Shown in pieces: positions 12,267 through 23,958 of a DNA stretch of 64,000 nucleotides. Every line of letters begins with the position of its first letter. Position 1 is the stretch's first letter. The translations under genes and the position numbers were made by a program. The notes below the pieces were generated by a model. It was not told the origin of the DNA, searched no databases, and saw only the letters and a list, made by a program, of their open reading frames with translations. This stretch comes from Piedraia hortae CBS 480.64 (Eukaryota): positions 62,001 through 126,000 of the forward strand of contig MU005974.1 in the NCBI GenBank assembly GCA_010093745.1, written 5' to 3'.

Positions 12267-15200
12267 TCACGGAGCAACCTCAACCGTCAACCCCGCCTCC
12301 GCTTTCCCCTCAGCAACTACACTCATCTCCAATGTACCCGGCACGAGCGGACACACAACAAACTCAACCTCCGTCTCCGACGGACCGAGTAGCTTTCTCA
12401 TTAGCCCCACGACAGTTATCCTTTGATCCGCATCAGCAGGAGGAAGCCTCAACTCCACTTCCCGCGGATTTAGATCATCCTCGCCTCGAATCTGTGTGAG
12501 AAATGCTCTGATAGTCGCATACATTCCTACCTGCACATCGTGGGGACTGACGAGGGAGAGAGTCATCCGCCAAGCCGGGCCTCGGATTGTTTTGATTTGT
12601 GTTTCAGAGAGGACGAGCCCGCTGAGATCTACCTTTCCCTCACACCCGCCTGTCCAGGTCCGCCAGGATACGGAAGTGCGATGGGCTAGTTCTGTGCGGA
12701 GTTCTACTTCGTCTTCGTCGGGGGCTGCGTCCCATCGTTGTATTGTAAGGTTGATACGACGCGTTTCATTGGGTGCTAGTCCGTGTTGCTCGTCACTCTG
12801 GGTCCAGTAGCGTAGGGCAGTAGAGGCGGTGAGGTCGAATGAGACTTGAATTGTTGTTTCGTTTAGATCCGTGATTTCGAGGTCTTGGGCTTGGCAGACT
12901 GAGCCGACGGTGAGTTTTAGTGGGACGACTAGGATGCGTACCCATGCGTCGGTTTTGCTTGGGGGGTTGGGGCGGTAGGAGAGATGGAGGATAGTTTGCG
13001 ATACGCCCATACGGCCTTTGAGACGGAAATGCAGGGTGGTTTTTTCTAGTGGTTGGACGATTGCTAGAGTTCCTTCTTTACGGTCTTCTAGTTGGAGGAT
13101 ATTTCCTGTATCTGCTACTGCGATGATTGCTGCCGGTAGGTGGGGTGTGGTGTTTCGCAGGACCATAGCTACGGCAATATCCTCGCCGTCTAGGAGAGTA
13201 AAGACGGTCTTCTCGTCCGGGGCAGCTAGCTCAAGCAGAGGCATGGCTGGTACGACTTGTACCAGGACAGTGGTGAGTGGTGCGGTAACACTTGAGCCAT
13301 CGCCGGATCGCGCCGCTTGGCCTTGGTGTTTTACGAGTACGCTGGGTCGGGGTGTCCATGGAGTGTTGAAAATATAAAACCTTCTTTTTTCACAGCCTGT
13401 GATTTTTATAACACATCCCGTTATGCTGGCCTCGCCGACTTCGGAGGGGGAGACTTTGAACGACAGCTGCTGGAAACAGCGCGGGCCTAAAGTAGTCGTT
13501 TCGAAAGCAAGAGTTGTGAAATGCACGCCCTTGGACTCAAGTGCTATGCTCTCAATCTCAACAGATATGTCCAGCGGGTTTTGCAATGTAACTACGCATG
13601 TTGGTGATTCGTTACGAACCAGCAGTTGCTTTGCGGGACCCTGGCCCGCGTGCCGTGCGTGAGCATCGTACAGTAGGGGCCCAGCTTGCGCGTGGGTGAT
13701 AAGCGAAGTATTCGTATAAGGAACCAATGCTTGGGCATTGTCTGATGGTGCGAATTCTACAAACCGCACCAAGTAGAGATCCCAATATGCCGCCAAAGCA
13801 TTGACACTCAGATGCTTCGACATTCCTATGGTCCTTAACATTGAGGATGCGTGCTGAGTCTGCTCGTCCCTTGACACTTTATTTGGATATGATTTCGGTC
13901 GTAAGTCTAGGACGGAACCAGGCGTGCACGCTTTCAAGAAGGAGCTTTCCAAGAGTAGGACACCGTCTGGATCGGGGGCAGCTCCGCAAAATGCAGCGAG
14001 CCGCCGCATGACTTCTACCTTGAGCACATCGCTGCCAAAGTCACGGACAGCTGAATTGGTATCTTCGGAAATTAGATTGATGCCGAAGACCTTGGCAAGG
14101 GATTGGGCCAGTTCCTCAGCACCTTGGCTTTCTATAATTTCAGACACTACTGTGTCCGATCCAGATTCGACAGAAAGGCTGGCAGCAGGGTGAATCCCGG
14201 CTTCTGCAGCGCCCAGTTTTCGGGCTTGAGTGAGAGCAGTTGTCAGCTTCGAAACAAGCTCGGCAAGAGTAAGACCTGCTTTCCGTTCCATGTTCAGGGC
14301 AGAGTACACTCCATATATGCCGGTCAAGAGGAGTGTTTGGGTCGTCAGCGGTACCTCATCTTCTTCGGTGGGAAACGCTTCTGAAACTACGGCTGCGATG
14401 GCCGACTTAGACAACACTTCGTTGCCTGACCGACGCTTTGGTTTTTTGGATTCACGCTTCCGTTCTACGAGGAGACTTAGGGCACTCTTGTCCAGCTGCC
14501 CATTCGTATTGATGATAAACGCCATCAGATTACCGAAACGTATCCTTGCTTCTGCTGCAACGATGAATGGAAGCTCTATTGGCCCCTCAGCCGATGCATA
14601 CAATTCCAAAATATGCCTGTAAAGGTCCGGCAAGCATGTCGAAAGTTTTCTTACAGCTGCAAGAACAGTGCTTTCGGATGAAAGTATGCCTGAAAGCCGT
14701 GAAACCTGTGCAGATGCTCTGTCGATGGCTTTGAAGCAAATGGATGGGATGGAAAACTCCACTCCTGCCCAGGTAAGCAACAACATACATACAGCGATCC
14801 CTTCTAAACCTTTGGCATGCCAAAGCTGGTCCGAACTGTGACGAGCAGTGCTGGTATGCTCGACAAACATGCGTAGGGCATCACTCCAATGCCCGGCCAT
14901 CATGTGGATATGAGCCAGAACAATGCCAACACGCGCTTTGCCACGGTCCTTGCCTTTTCCTCCAAACACAGGCGCGCGGTCTTGACTGTTCAGTCGGTTA
15001 TGATCCTTGGAGCGGTTACTGGCGACACTACTGGAGCGTGGAGGTGTTCCAGCAAGATGGTGTGCCGCCGAAGAGGAACGTGGCGGGGAGTGAACTCCAC
15101 GAGTTGCCACCGAAGAGGTGCGTGGCGGAGAATGGATACCACGAGAAGATGGTCGAGATCCGTTTGGGCTTCCTGTCTCTTGAGTAGATGTATTGGTTCC

Positions 15201-15821
15201 AGAGTCTGGTGCCGGTTGCATCACCTCCTCACCCAGTATGGACATAATTCTTTGAATGCTTTTCGCAGTCTGCCCTGGTGTTTGGACGGATGGTGTCGCT
15301 TGCATAGCCTTTGCATAAGTGCTGAGGTCAATGAGGAAGCGAGCAGAGATGCGGCATGCCGCGGAATGGTAGTCTTCATTAGCTATGGCGGTGGTATTGT
15401 CGTCCTCATCACTTTCCTGAAGCACCAATATATGCCGATGGACAACCCGTGGGTAGCGCTCTTTAATGCACTGTGCCGCGTGCTTAAGCTCGGACTGTCG
15501 CTCTTCTGAGTCCATGCACAGCCCATCAGCCACTCCGAGCACGAGCAAAGGCTCGCGGAACAGCTCATATGGGGACAAAGCCTGCTCTTGCTGGCTCGAG
15601 GCAGAGGTGCTGTAGTTGTACAGTAGCGTGCCTTGCGGAAACAGCTTTGGGGCCAGTGCATAGTTGTTTTCCTCGAGACTTTCAACTTCCTCTAGGCGTA
15701 TAGTAGATGCATGGAGGTTTAACTGGTCTACAGCTTCCAGGAAACGGGTTGGCAGAACGTGTCCCACCGGGAGAATTTGTACACGAATCGCCGCCGGTGC
15801 GACAGGCGAATATCGGTCCAT
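12267..15821 (-). CDS. TRS120: TRAPP II complex subunit Trs120 / TRAPPC9
   Basis: 1184-aa ORF. N-terminus SPVAPAAIRVQILPVG, LSPYELFREPLLVLG, MMAGHWSDAL...SSDQLWHAKGLE and VTLQNPLDISVEIE are typical of Trs120/HypA. Confidence 0.9.
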   Translation of the reverse strand: MDRYSPVAPAAIRVQILPVGHVLPTRFLEAVDQLNLHASTIRLEEVESLEENNYALAPKLFPQGTLLYNYSTSASSQQEQALSPYELFREPLLVLGVADGLCMDSEERQSELKHAAQCIKERYPRVVHRHILVLQESDEDDNTTAIANEDYHSAACRISARFLIDLSTYAKAMQATPSVQTPGQTAKSIQRIMSILGEEVMQPAPDSGTNTSTQETGSPNGSRPSSRGIHSPPRTSSVATRGVHSPPRSSSAAHHLAGTPPRSSSVASNRSKDHNRLNSQDRAPVFGGKGKDRGKARVGIVLAHIHMMAGHWSDALRMFVEHTSTARHSSDQLWHAKGLEGIAVCMLLLTWAGVEFSIPSICFKAIDRASAQVSRLSGILSSESTVLAAVRKLSTCLPDLYRHILELYASAEGPIELPFIVAAEARIRFGNLMAFIINTNGQLDKSALSLLVERKRESKKPKRRSGNEVLSKSAIAAVVSEAFPTEEDEVPLTTQTLLLTGIYGVYSALNMERKAGLTLAELVSKLTTALTQARKLGAAEAGIHPAASLSVESGSDTVVSEIIESQGAEELAQSLAKVFGINLISEDTNSAVRDFGSDVLKVEVMRRLAAFCGAAPDPDGVLLLESSFLKACTPGSVLDLRPKSYPNKVSRDEQTQHASSMLRTIGMSKHLSVNALAAYWDLYLVRFVEFAPSDNAQALVPYTNTSLITHAQAGPLLYDAHARHAGQGPAKQLLVRNESPTCVVTLQNPLDISVEIESIALESKGVHFTTLAFETTTLGPRCFQQLSFKVSPSEVGEASITGCVIKITGCEKRRFYIFNTPWTPRPSVLVKHQGQAARSGDGSSVTAPLTTVLVQVVPAMPLLELAAPDEKTVFTLLDGEDIAVAMVLRNTTPHLPAAIIAVADTGNILQLEDRKEGTLAIVQPLEKTTLHFRLKGRMGVSQTILHLSYRPNPPSKTDAWVRILVVPLKLTVGSVCQAQDLEITDLNETTIQVSFDLTASTALRYWTQSDEQHGLAPNETRRINLTIQRWDAAPDEDEVELRTELAHRTSVSWRTWTGGCEGKVDLSGLVLSETQIKTIRGPAWRMTLSLVSPHDVQVGMYATIRAFLTQIRGEDDLNPREVELRLPPADADQRITVVGLMRKLLGPSETEVEFVVCPLVPGTLEMSVVAEGKAEAGLTVEVAP

Positions 15822-15932
15822 GGACTATTCAGTTGATTCATTATACCATCTGGAGCTTTTCCTGAGGCATTTACAGGCACGATTAGAGCCACTGACCGAC
15901 GCCCTGAGGTCGCTGACGAGGTGAGGTTGAGC

Positions 15933-15962
15933 GTCACGTGACTGCAACTATCTTCACGTGAC
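15933..15962. promoter_or_regulatory. Two E-boxes (GTCACGTGAC, TCACGTGAC) in the divergent TRS120/TSC2 promoter
   Basis: Perfect palindrome GTCACGTGAC at 15933-15942 and TCACGTGAC at 15954-15962; both match the Cbf1/USF-type bHLH consensus. Confidence 0.55.
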
Positions 15963-16278
15963 CTATCAGACGTTCCTCCTGTCAAACAGACAACGTTGGG
16001 ATCCCGGTGGAGAAACTGCTATCGCACAATAGCGCATTTCAATGGCGTAACTGTAATAGATCTAGATATCAACATTCGCTTATTGGTTGATTCTAGTGGC
16101 TTATAGAAGCAGTAGAAGGTACCCATTGGTCAAGATGGAAGCCTTGGACGTCGGCTTTTTACCGCTGCATAAAGAAGACACTGACACATGAAACCCCCCA
16201 CCCATCACCTTATCAACCATCCACAGATTACATACACTTAGCAGATCCACTTCGCCCGTAGCTAGTGTCGAGCCTGTC

Positions 16279-19200
16279 ATGCCGGATTCTGGGGTCTGTG
16301 AGCAGCTGATCAGCGAGATTCGCACCACCTCACAAGGTAACGGCTCCCAAGACCTGCACACCGTTCTCCAAGAAGCAGCCACAGCTATACAGATCCATGG
16401 CCAGGACTTTGCTCCACAGCCTCTCTCTGATTTGATCGAAACGGCACTGGACGCCGCCACTCAATATTCATCCTCGGCGGACGCTCTGGCAGCTCTAGAG
16501 CTGATTGATGCCGTACAAACCCATCTATTCCTGCCTGTATCCAGCACGAGATCGGTTCTGCCTGCTGTTGTCCGTTTTCTCGCATTCACATACCATCAAG
16601 GTAGCAGAGCATATCGGCTTCAGAAGCTCACTCAGCAAACATGGCTTGTCACGGAGCATTTGCTGCAATCCCATCTTGGCGAGCTGCCCATTTACGCCCT
16701 CTTGAACATCCTCGAAGACGACTCAACAGCATCTGATCCGCGCACTGGGTTCTCATACACGCTGGGAGCTCTGATGCTAATATCTGACAATTTACTTTCA
16801 CGATCGGATTCTCTGCCGACGGTCAATCTCAAGGTGCTGTTGGGTAAGATTTCCAAGATGAAGGTTGTTCAACACGAAATGATCCGGGACCAGGTGTCGT
16901 CTACGCTTGATTCGTTGCTTCATGACGATGAACAGCTGGATAAGCTCCGCCGTGGGGGCTATTGGGAGGAATTTCTGGGAATTGCCCATGCCTGCGCCAA
17001 AGCTTCGCCCCAGTCACCGTCTATCTTGGCATTGCATGATAGCTTAATGAATTGCGTGGACAAGATTCAGCCTTTCAATTATGTGAAGATGTCTCAGCTC
17101 TGCATCGATCTGGATCGACCACTCCCACCACCTGTGCAAGAGGAGTTTTTGGCGTCCTGGAAAAGTGAAGTGCATGTTCCTTGGTCTGAAGAACATAAGC
17201 AACGGTTCCAGCAACTCTGTAAATCAGCACACTACGAAGCAGTCATCGTTGCAATCATGAGTGCGGCCTCTCCTGAGTTGGCTGACTTGCTGAGCCAAGA
17301 GTCTTTCACAGTGTTACTGAAATATCTGCAAGATATCGTCATGACAACAGAGTTTGAAACGTCTGCGGATGCCATTGGACAGGGACTTGTTCGGGCATTC
17401 CTAGACGTCCTTATCAAGAGCGTTGATTGGAAATGCATTGCTCTGTTCAAAGTGTTGTGTGAAATTTGTGACCGAAGCTCACCCGCGGCTGAGTTACTTT
17501 TTTGCTTCCGAGCAGACGTCAGGGGCGAGATTTATCTCGCTAGACTGCTCGACTTGTCCATTCAGCCGCATAAAGCCTTTGGTGGTCAGACATGGAATCT
17601 CTCCATCGATGTGTGGCATTGTGCACTCATGTCGGTTTTTCAGCAAGGTACAAAGTGGTGGGGTGTCTACGACATATTTCTCTGCCGACTACCCAGCCTC
17701 ATGGGCAATCACCGCATGTTCAAGGATCGCGGTAAGCTAATTAGAAGACTGGTAGGGAATGTCTGCGATCAAGTCGAAAAAGGCACATATCAGCATCCTC
17801 CGCCGAGCAGCCCAAGAAGTAGGCCATATGTCGTAGCACAACTCATCCATCTTCTTTCGATTTTGGCTAGTTACCATCGTCATCTGGAGAAGCATGAGAT
17901 GCGTCGAGTGATCTGGGTCTTCATCAACACTGCCGGGTCTGGCGACCACAACGTAAGCAGGATGTGCATCAACGCACTAATTGTCTGCTGCTACGATATT
18001 CCCAGCCATATGAAAAACTATATCGATGTTGTTATTGATAAGATGTCGAAAATGGTTACGCAGCGGCAGCTGGCAGTGCATGTGCTCCTCTTTTTGTCCG
18101 GTCTCTCGAGACAGCGGGACCTGATGGGCAACTTTCGGCGGGAAGACTATAAACGGGTGTTTGGCGTATGCTTTAGCTACCTCAAGTCGATCTGGCACGT
18201 CCAGTCGATCGAACGCAAGGCCGAATCGCAGTATGTCTTTACGCTCGCCCACCATATCATCGCTTTCTGGTATCTCACACTGCCACTCCAAGATCGAGGG
18301 GCTCTGAGGCCTTATATTGTAAGTTCTCTGACCTACAAAGAGGACGGCGAGGTGGTAGTCGGAGACCAGGGGTTGGTGACGATGGACCTGATGGACCGTG
18401 TGGATGCTGATCTCGACATGGACGAATTTCACGCGACCTTGGATACTTCTGATTCACTCATAATGCGGCACCGTCTCTGCGGCCTTCTCTTGATAACCAT
18501 ACGGACATCAGACAAGGACCAAATTCTAGTCACCGTTCGCCGGCCTTCAGGCGATATGGAGCGAATAATCCATGATGACGAGCAAATACGACTTACCACT
18601 TGTGGTGACGAGACCACCATCCTTGCCGTGCCGGAACAGGGCACTCATGGCGGCAGCATTACACTACCTTCACCATCCTCCTTCCTCGGCTCTGAAGTGG
18701 TCGAGCTCGTTCCCAGCGACGGACTTACCCGGGCGATCCAAACCTTTGATAGGACCTCTGCTCTGGACTCCCACAAAGCCGGGGTGCTTTACATGAAGGC
18801 CCAGCAAATCACAGCTGAATCTATCCTTTCCAACACATCCGGCAGCGCAGCATACGAGATATTTATCTCCCGCCTTGGCGAATCACGCCCTCTCCAAGAT
18901 GCGCGATGGAACACGCAGGGTCTAGACCGCAGCAGTGATGCCCTCGATGGGACACACACAATGGTCTGGTCCAACGCTGTGGCAGCCATGGTCTTCCACA
19001 TCCCCACTCTAATGCCCAACGAGACGGACCCAGCGCAAAACGTAGCCAAGAAGAAACGCCATATTGGCAACGACAACGTTAACATCGTCTTCAACGAATC
19101 AGGAATCAGACTCAACTATAACTTGCTTTACAACATCTTCCCCGGCGATGTTACGCACGTCTATATCGTCATCACACCTGCCGCGCGTGAGAGCAAGAAT

Positions 19201-19467
19201 CATGACAGTGATGACATCCTAGTAGAACACGAGACTTTTTACGGCGTGCAAGTGTACAGCTGCGAGGGATTCCCCAGCCTCTCTGCCGCAGAGGAAGAGA
19301 GGGTCGTTTCGGCCACTGCCCTGGCGAGCCTGGTCCGCAGTCTGGCGTTTACGCTTTGTTTTCTCTCACTCATGTGGATGCAGCAGAATGAGGCCGAGTA
19401 TCCCTCCTCGTGGAGGAGTAGGTTGCAGCAGTTACGGAAGATGGGGGAGAGATTTACGGCAAAGTAG
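16279..19467 (+). CDS. TSC2: Tuberin (Rheb GAP with Rap-GAP domain)
   Basis: 1062-aa ORF. Tuberin-like central region (LAVHVLLFLSGLSR...NFRREDYKRVFGVCFSY, YVFTLAHHIIAFWY) and C-terminal Rap-GAP motifs HKAGVLY, VFHIPTLMP, KKRHIGNDNVNIVFNESG. True start uncertain. Confidence 0.9.
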   Translation: MPDSGVCEQLISEIRTTSQGNGSQDLHTVLQEAATAIQIHGQDFAPQPLSDLIETALDAATQYSSSADALAALELIDAVQTHLFLPVSSTRSVLPAVVRFLAFTYHQGSRAYRLQKLTQQTWLVTEHLLQSHLGELPIYALLNILEDDSTASDPRTGFSYTLGALMLISDNLLSRSDSLPTVNLKVLLGKISKMKVVQHEMIRDQVSSTLDSLLHDDEQLDKLRRGGYWEEFLGIAHACAKASPQSPSILALHDSLMNCVDKIQPFNYVKMSQLCIDLDRPLPPPVQEEFLASWKSEVHVPWSEEHKQRFQQLCKSAHYEAVIVAIMSAASPELADLLSQESFTVLLKYLQDIVMTTEFETSADAIGQGLVRAFLDVLIKSVDWKCIALFKVLCEICDRSSPAAELLFCFRADVRGEIYLARLLDLSIQPHKAFGGQTWNLSIDVWHCALMSVFQQGTKWWGVYDIFLCRLPSLMGNHRMFKDRGKLIRRLVGNVCDQVEKGTYQHPPPSSPRSRPYVVAQLIHLLSILASYHRHLEKHEMRRVIWVFINTAGSGDHNVSRMCINALIVCCYDIPSHMKNYIDVVIDKMSKMVTQRQLAVHVLLFLSGLSRQRDLMGNFRREDYKRVFGVCFSYLKSIWHVQSIERKAESQYVFTLAHHIIAFWYLTLPLQDRGALRPYIVSSLTYKEDGEVVVGDQGLVTMDLMDRVDADLDMDEFHATLDTSDSLIMRHRLCGLLLITIRTSDKDQILVTVRRPSGDMERIIHDDEQIRLTTCGDETTILAVPEQGTHGGSITLPSPSSFLGSEVVELVPSDGLTRAIQTFDRTSALDSHKAGVLYMKAQQITAESILSNTSGSAAYEIFISRLGESRPLQDARWNTQGLDRSSDALDGTHTMVWSNAVAAMVFHIPTLMPNETDPAQNVAKKKRHIGNDNVNIVFNESGIRLNYNLLYNIFPGDVTHVYIVITPAARESKNHDSDDILVEHETFYGVQVYSCEGFPSLSAAEEERVVSATALASLVRSLAFTLCFLSLMWMQQNEAEYPSSWRSRLQQLRKMGERFTAK

Positions 19468-20210
19468 AAACTAGGAGAGACTACTTCTGTAGAGGAGTAC
19501 AGTACATGTTATTTTTGCTGGGGTTCCTTGGCGGCATGCTGACAAACGGGTGGAGGATTTAACGTGCAGATTTCCTGCACTTGATGGTTGACGTCCACAT
19601 CAATGCGGGATGATCAAGGAGAGGATCGTTTTATTTCTGGGTGTTGTGCAGTTCGCCACGGAGCGATCCGCAGGTGATGACCCACACATCCCTGACCAGG
19701 GTTCGAGTACTCAGATATTGGCTTGTAGCTCCAGATACGCGTGTATACTGACACACCTGTGAGGTGCCGCTGCTTATTAGAACACTGGGTATGCTAATTC
19801 TGGTGTACTATCCCCAGCCCATCTACACCACCCCCCCCCCTCTCCCCCGGCAGCACACCCCAGTCCTGCATGAAAAATGGCTTATCCCTACGCCACCTTG
19901 AGCCTCCCCCTGATCTACTCGACAGGAACCGTTTCAACGACCATCCTTCAACGGTAAGGGTCAGTCACCTCACATGAAAATAGTACCTTGTAACGACTTC
20001 AATCCATCCTTGCATATCACAATCTAAAGCAACGGCACTCTCCACACGAGTCCATCATGTTCATACCCTCCTTACATAATCCGTCTATTCACAATTACCC
20101 CCATCTACAGGTATATATCCCTAACTAAACAACACATTTGAATAGCTCTGTCTCGACAATCTGTTGCAATCCATCAGCACTTTCCCCCTCAAAGAAAGAG
20201 AAGGGAAAAC

Positions 20211-22162
20211 TCACCTAGCAGTAATCTTCTTCCCAATCGACGCAATCGGCTTCTCATACCCGCCCAGCCGTCTTGTCTGCATCATAACCGGCTGGAGATG
20301 GTGCACAAACGTATGGAATCCATCTTCGTTTAGTGTTTCAATTAGCTTTTCTATTCCAAAGCGTCAGCGTCTCTGAACCCATGAGAATGAGTATACATAC
20401 GAATAACATAATTCCCCACGCGATCCTGCACGAGCGACGCCAAGAGACGGAGATTCCCCAGCAGACGGGCGAGGACATTAATCCTGAACCTCTCATCGCC
20501 CTCAACCAGACACTTCTCAACGACGTTTGAGGCGAATTTGGCTTTACTCAGCTGCTCGAGCTGCGCGAGGACGATATGCATGACCATTACCCTCCCATGG
20601 TTGGGGTCATATTGGACTAGATGCTGCACGACGTAATTCCCAAACTGGTCTTCAATCATTTGCGGGATTGACGTTGTGAGCTCGTCCATTATGTGCGTGC
20701 GTTGGCCTTCGGTTCGTTCTAGGAGACGTTGGATAACGCGACAGCCGTAGGTGTGGTTTGAGAGTTGTTGGGCGTGGCCGCGAAAGGAGTTGATGATGGA
20801 TGCCAACAATTGGGGCTGGCAGCGTTCGATTGCTTTCTGGATGACGTGGTTTCCGTTTTGGTCGCGGACGCATTTGAGGACGTTGCCTTCCAGTTCGCGG
20901 ACGATGGCGGCTTGTTGGTCGACGAGAACGTGTTCGAGGGCTTTTTGAACGACGCGGCAGCCGTACATTTGGAGGGTAAGACTGAGGACGTGGCCGCGCA
21001 TGGCGCGGCAGAGGAGTCGTTTGTGGGTCTGGTCGCCGTGCTCGAAGAATTTTTGGATCACGTAGTTACCGAAGACGTCCGTCATGAGGGCTAGAGCATT
21101 GTCTTGGATTTCCATGAAGATTTTGTATTTTTCCTCCGTGCTGGCTGTTTCGAGACGCGCTTGGATGAAGCGCGAGCCTTGCTGATCGCTGCTGAATTCG
21201 ACTACGTGGCCGTATATGTCCCGCAGCTCAAAGCGGCGGGCTCGAGAGCCGTGTCGGAACTCTTGCAGCAGTGCACATTGTGTTAACTCTGAGTTAGGTC
21301 GCTCGTCTGACAGAAATGTGGGCACGGTTAGACCCATGGGCATAAAGGTGTTGTAGGGTTGTGCATAGGGAGGGTACATGTGCTGTGGAAATGGCGGCCC
21401 AACAAATGCCTCCGCACGGCGGTTTTGAACCTGCCAGGACCAGGAAGATCGCAAATCGGGAGGTATTTTGAAGTCCTGCGGCTGGAAGGAAGGAATTTGC
21501 AGCTCCCGAGAGGTGTTTGGCTGGGCTCGAGACTTTCGAGAGGAATTAAACGGTCGTGGCAATGTGACGGAAGGAATGTCATAAGAGCCCTCAACCCGCG
21601 AGGCTGCCTGTAGCTGTCCAATTGCCTTCTTCGGGCTCTGGTCCACCCGGAAATTGTTCAATTCCAACTCCAGGGTTGCGAGGGTATCTGGTTGTGAATC
21701 TTTCAGAAGTTTTGGCTGCTGTTCAGCAGCCATCTTGCAATTTAGGCTATATGAATACCTCCGATCTGTTGGCGATGGAAAGTGATTGCTGTTCGAAAGA
21801 AGTTCAACTCCCGAGTCAGGCCGAGAAATGTCAAGTTCATCATAATGGTCAAACTGGGTGTGGATCGTCGAGAGCTGTCCGAGCCCAGGGCGACCGCTGT
21901 TTGACAATGATTTCGTGGCCGAATAGAGAGGCGGAAGGGTTTCTGGCTTGCAGAAGAGAGATTGGTTGCACCGCGAGCTACGGCGTTCGCAGTCCGTCTC
22001 CAAAGCAGAAGTACCTTCTAGAAGAGATTTTGAGCCAGTCTTGCCTTCGACCTCTGCGTATGCGCCATTCGGAAACCTGTTCTTATTGGCAAGGCTCCAA
22101 AACTTGCTAGTATTCATGGTCGTGGTCAGCAGCGACATGGTCTCTGGACGAGAGATGTGCAA
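20211..22162 (-). CDS. PUF3: Pumilio-family RNA-binding protein, Puf3 type
   Basis: Eight PUF repeats with canonical recognition motifs SRFIQ, NYVIQ, CRVVQ, NHVIQ, CRVIQ, NYVVQ, SNVVE, NYVIQ; the last is completed across intron 20351-20400. Final exon ends ...KKITAR* at 20211. 5' end uncertain. Confidence 0.85.
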
Positions 22163-23175
22163 AGTTTGGCGTGAGAAGGGCTACAAGTAAGCTTAACCTG
22201 CGGCAGGAATGCTGCAAGGCCGGAAGGACGCCTTTGCGTCCGACGACGGGATGAAGGGGAGAATGATGCTGGGAGCATGCAAGGGGTTTTGGAATGTAAG
22301 AAGCGGGCCAGACGCTGTTGAGCAGCGCGCCCAGGGGAGATCAGCAGATGAACAGGTGACTGTCGAAGCTATAGCTGTAAGAAAAAGGCCATGAGATGAG
22401 AAGCAATAACCAGGGCTCATGTTTGTGGCCCATCCGGTCAGAGTGGGCCAATATTTTGGGTTGGTTCCCAACTGGACGTGTCACCAAGCGCAAATGGAAA
22501 TACCTCTATCTTGTCGCACGGCATCCTTGCCCCTGCGCGGCTCTCTGTTTGCGCCTGGCATCCCGGTTAGACTGGCATCATCGGGAATCTACATACATTG
22601 TTGACTCGTACATGAAATTACTGGCGTGTCGAGCATTGGTCCCCGCCGTCAACCGCCTTGACTCGCAGCAAGGTGAGTCACTACCTGACAGTTGCCTGTC
22701 AATGGGTGGACCACGTAGACTTTCCACAGGTTGTGACTGATGTCAGGTCTGTATGATTAACCATGACCCAACCCAGCTACCGCGCTCATCGAGCAAAGCA
22801 CTTCTTTAGTGGAGGTGGTAAAGACTTTGCTTGCTCTGCTGCGGGGTAGAGGCCCACTGCAGAGGGAACATGTGGACGCAGATGTTTGGGCAGCTCAACG
22901 GTGAATTGGCCCCACAGTACCGTGTACCGGGGTTGTTATCCCGACCGCCAGCGCTTGGCAGAAAGCAGTTCTAGCTTCATTTTCATTACCAAGCAATACG
23001 TCAGAAACGAGGCGATCTTACAGGCGGCGCAGTCTGATGTGGCGCATGATTGGCAGACACGTGCAAATCTATGACTCACCCCATAACTCAGGACGCACAC
23101 TTTGTAGAAAAAGCTGAGCACACCTGAGCAGGCAACAACAAAGAAAAGGAATAACCAACAGCGACAGACGATCCC

Positions 23176-23892
23176 ATGGCTGTGCGCGCATCGTTTGAGA
23201 ATAGCAACGAAGTCGGCGTCTTTTGCACGCTAACCAACTCGTATGCCCTCACCGCTCTGGGTGCTTCTGAGGCCTTTTACAGCGTGCTCGAGTCGGAGCT
23301 CCGCGACGTAGTACCCATATGTCGCTGTACCGTTGCTGGAACACGCATTGTTGGGCGGCTAACAGCCGGCAACCGCAAGGGTCTTCTGGTACCAACATCG
23401 ACGACGGATCAAGAGTTACAACACCTCCGCAACTCGCTGCCGGACGCAGTCCACGTACAACGCATTGAAGAGAGATTGTCAGCACTAGGCAACGTTATAG
23501 CCACCAACGACCATGTGGCGCTACTACATCCAGATATTGAACGGGAGACGGAGGAGATTATAGCCGATGCGCTCGGAGTAGAAGTCTTCCGTCAGACAAT
23601 AGCAGACAACGTACTGGTCGGCAGCTACATGGCTTTGTCTAATCGAGGCGGGTTGGTGCATCCAAAGACGACCATCGCTGATCAGGACGAGCTGTCAAGC
23701 CTACTGCAACTGCCACTGGTAGCCGGCAGCGTCAACCGAGGAAGCGCCGTAGTGGGGGCGGGGATGGTGGTGAACGACTGGATGGCAGTAACGGGCCTGG
23801 ACACGACAGCGACGGAGTTAAGCGTGGTGGAAAGTGTCTTCAAACTGGGCGAGGGTCCGACCAAAGAGACTGTGGTTGAATCCTTTTACTAA
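23176..23892 (+). CDS. TIF6: Eukaryotic translation initiation factor 6
   Basis: 238-aa intronless [19 protein letters not shown]...[14 protein letters not shown]...[17 protein letters not shown]. Confidence 0.97.
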   Translation: MAVRASFENSNEVGVFCTLTNSYALTALGASEAFYSVLESELRDVVPICRCTVAGTRIVGRLTAGNRKGLLVPTSTTDQELQHLRNSLPDAVHVQRIEERLSALGNVIATNDHVALLHPDIERETEEIIADALGVEVFRQTIADNVLVGSYMALSNRGGLVHPKTTIADQDELSSLLQLPLVAGSVNRGSAVVGAGMVVNDWMAVTGLDTTATELSVVESVFKLGEGPTKETVVESFY

Positions 23893-23958
23893 CGAAAACC
23901 CGACGCCTACACAATCCCTTCATGCCGCAGTTCAATAATAGTCATGTTCGCATCGTCT

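Noticed and set aside
19690..19720. tRNA suggested by GGTTCGAG
   Set aside because: No acceptor stem, D-arm or cloverleaf could be built around it; the same holds for other GTTCGA hits.
22784..22791. PAC-like GCTCATCG upstream of eIF6
   Set aside because: Imperfect single match, about 390 bp from the ATG; PAC regulation is established mainly in budding yeasts.
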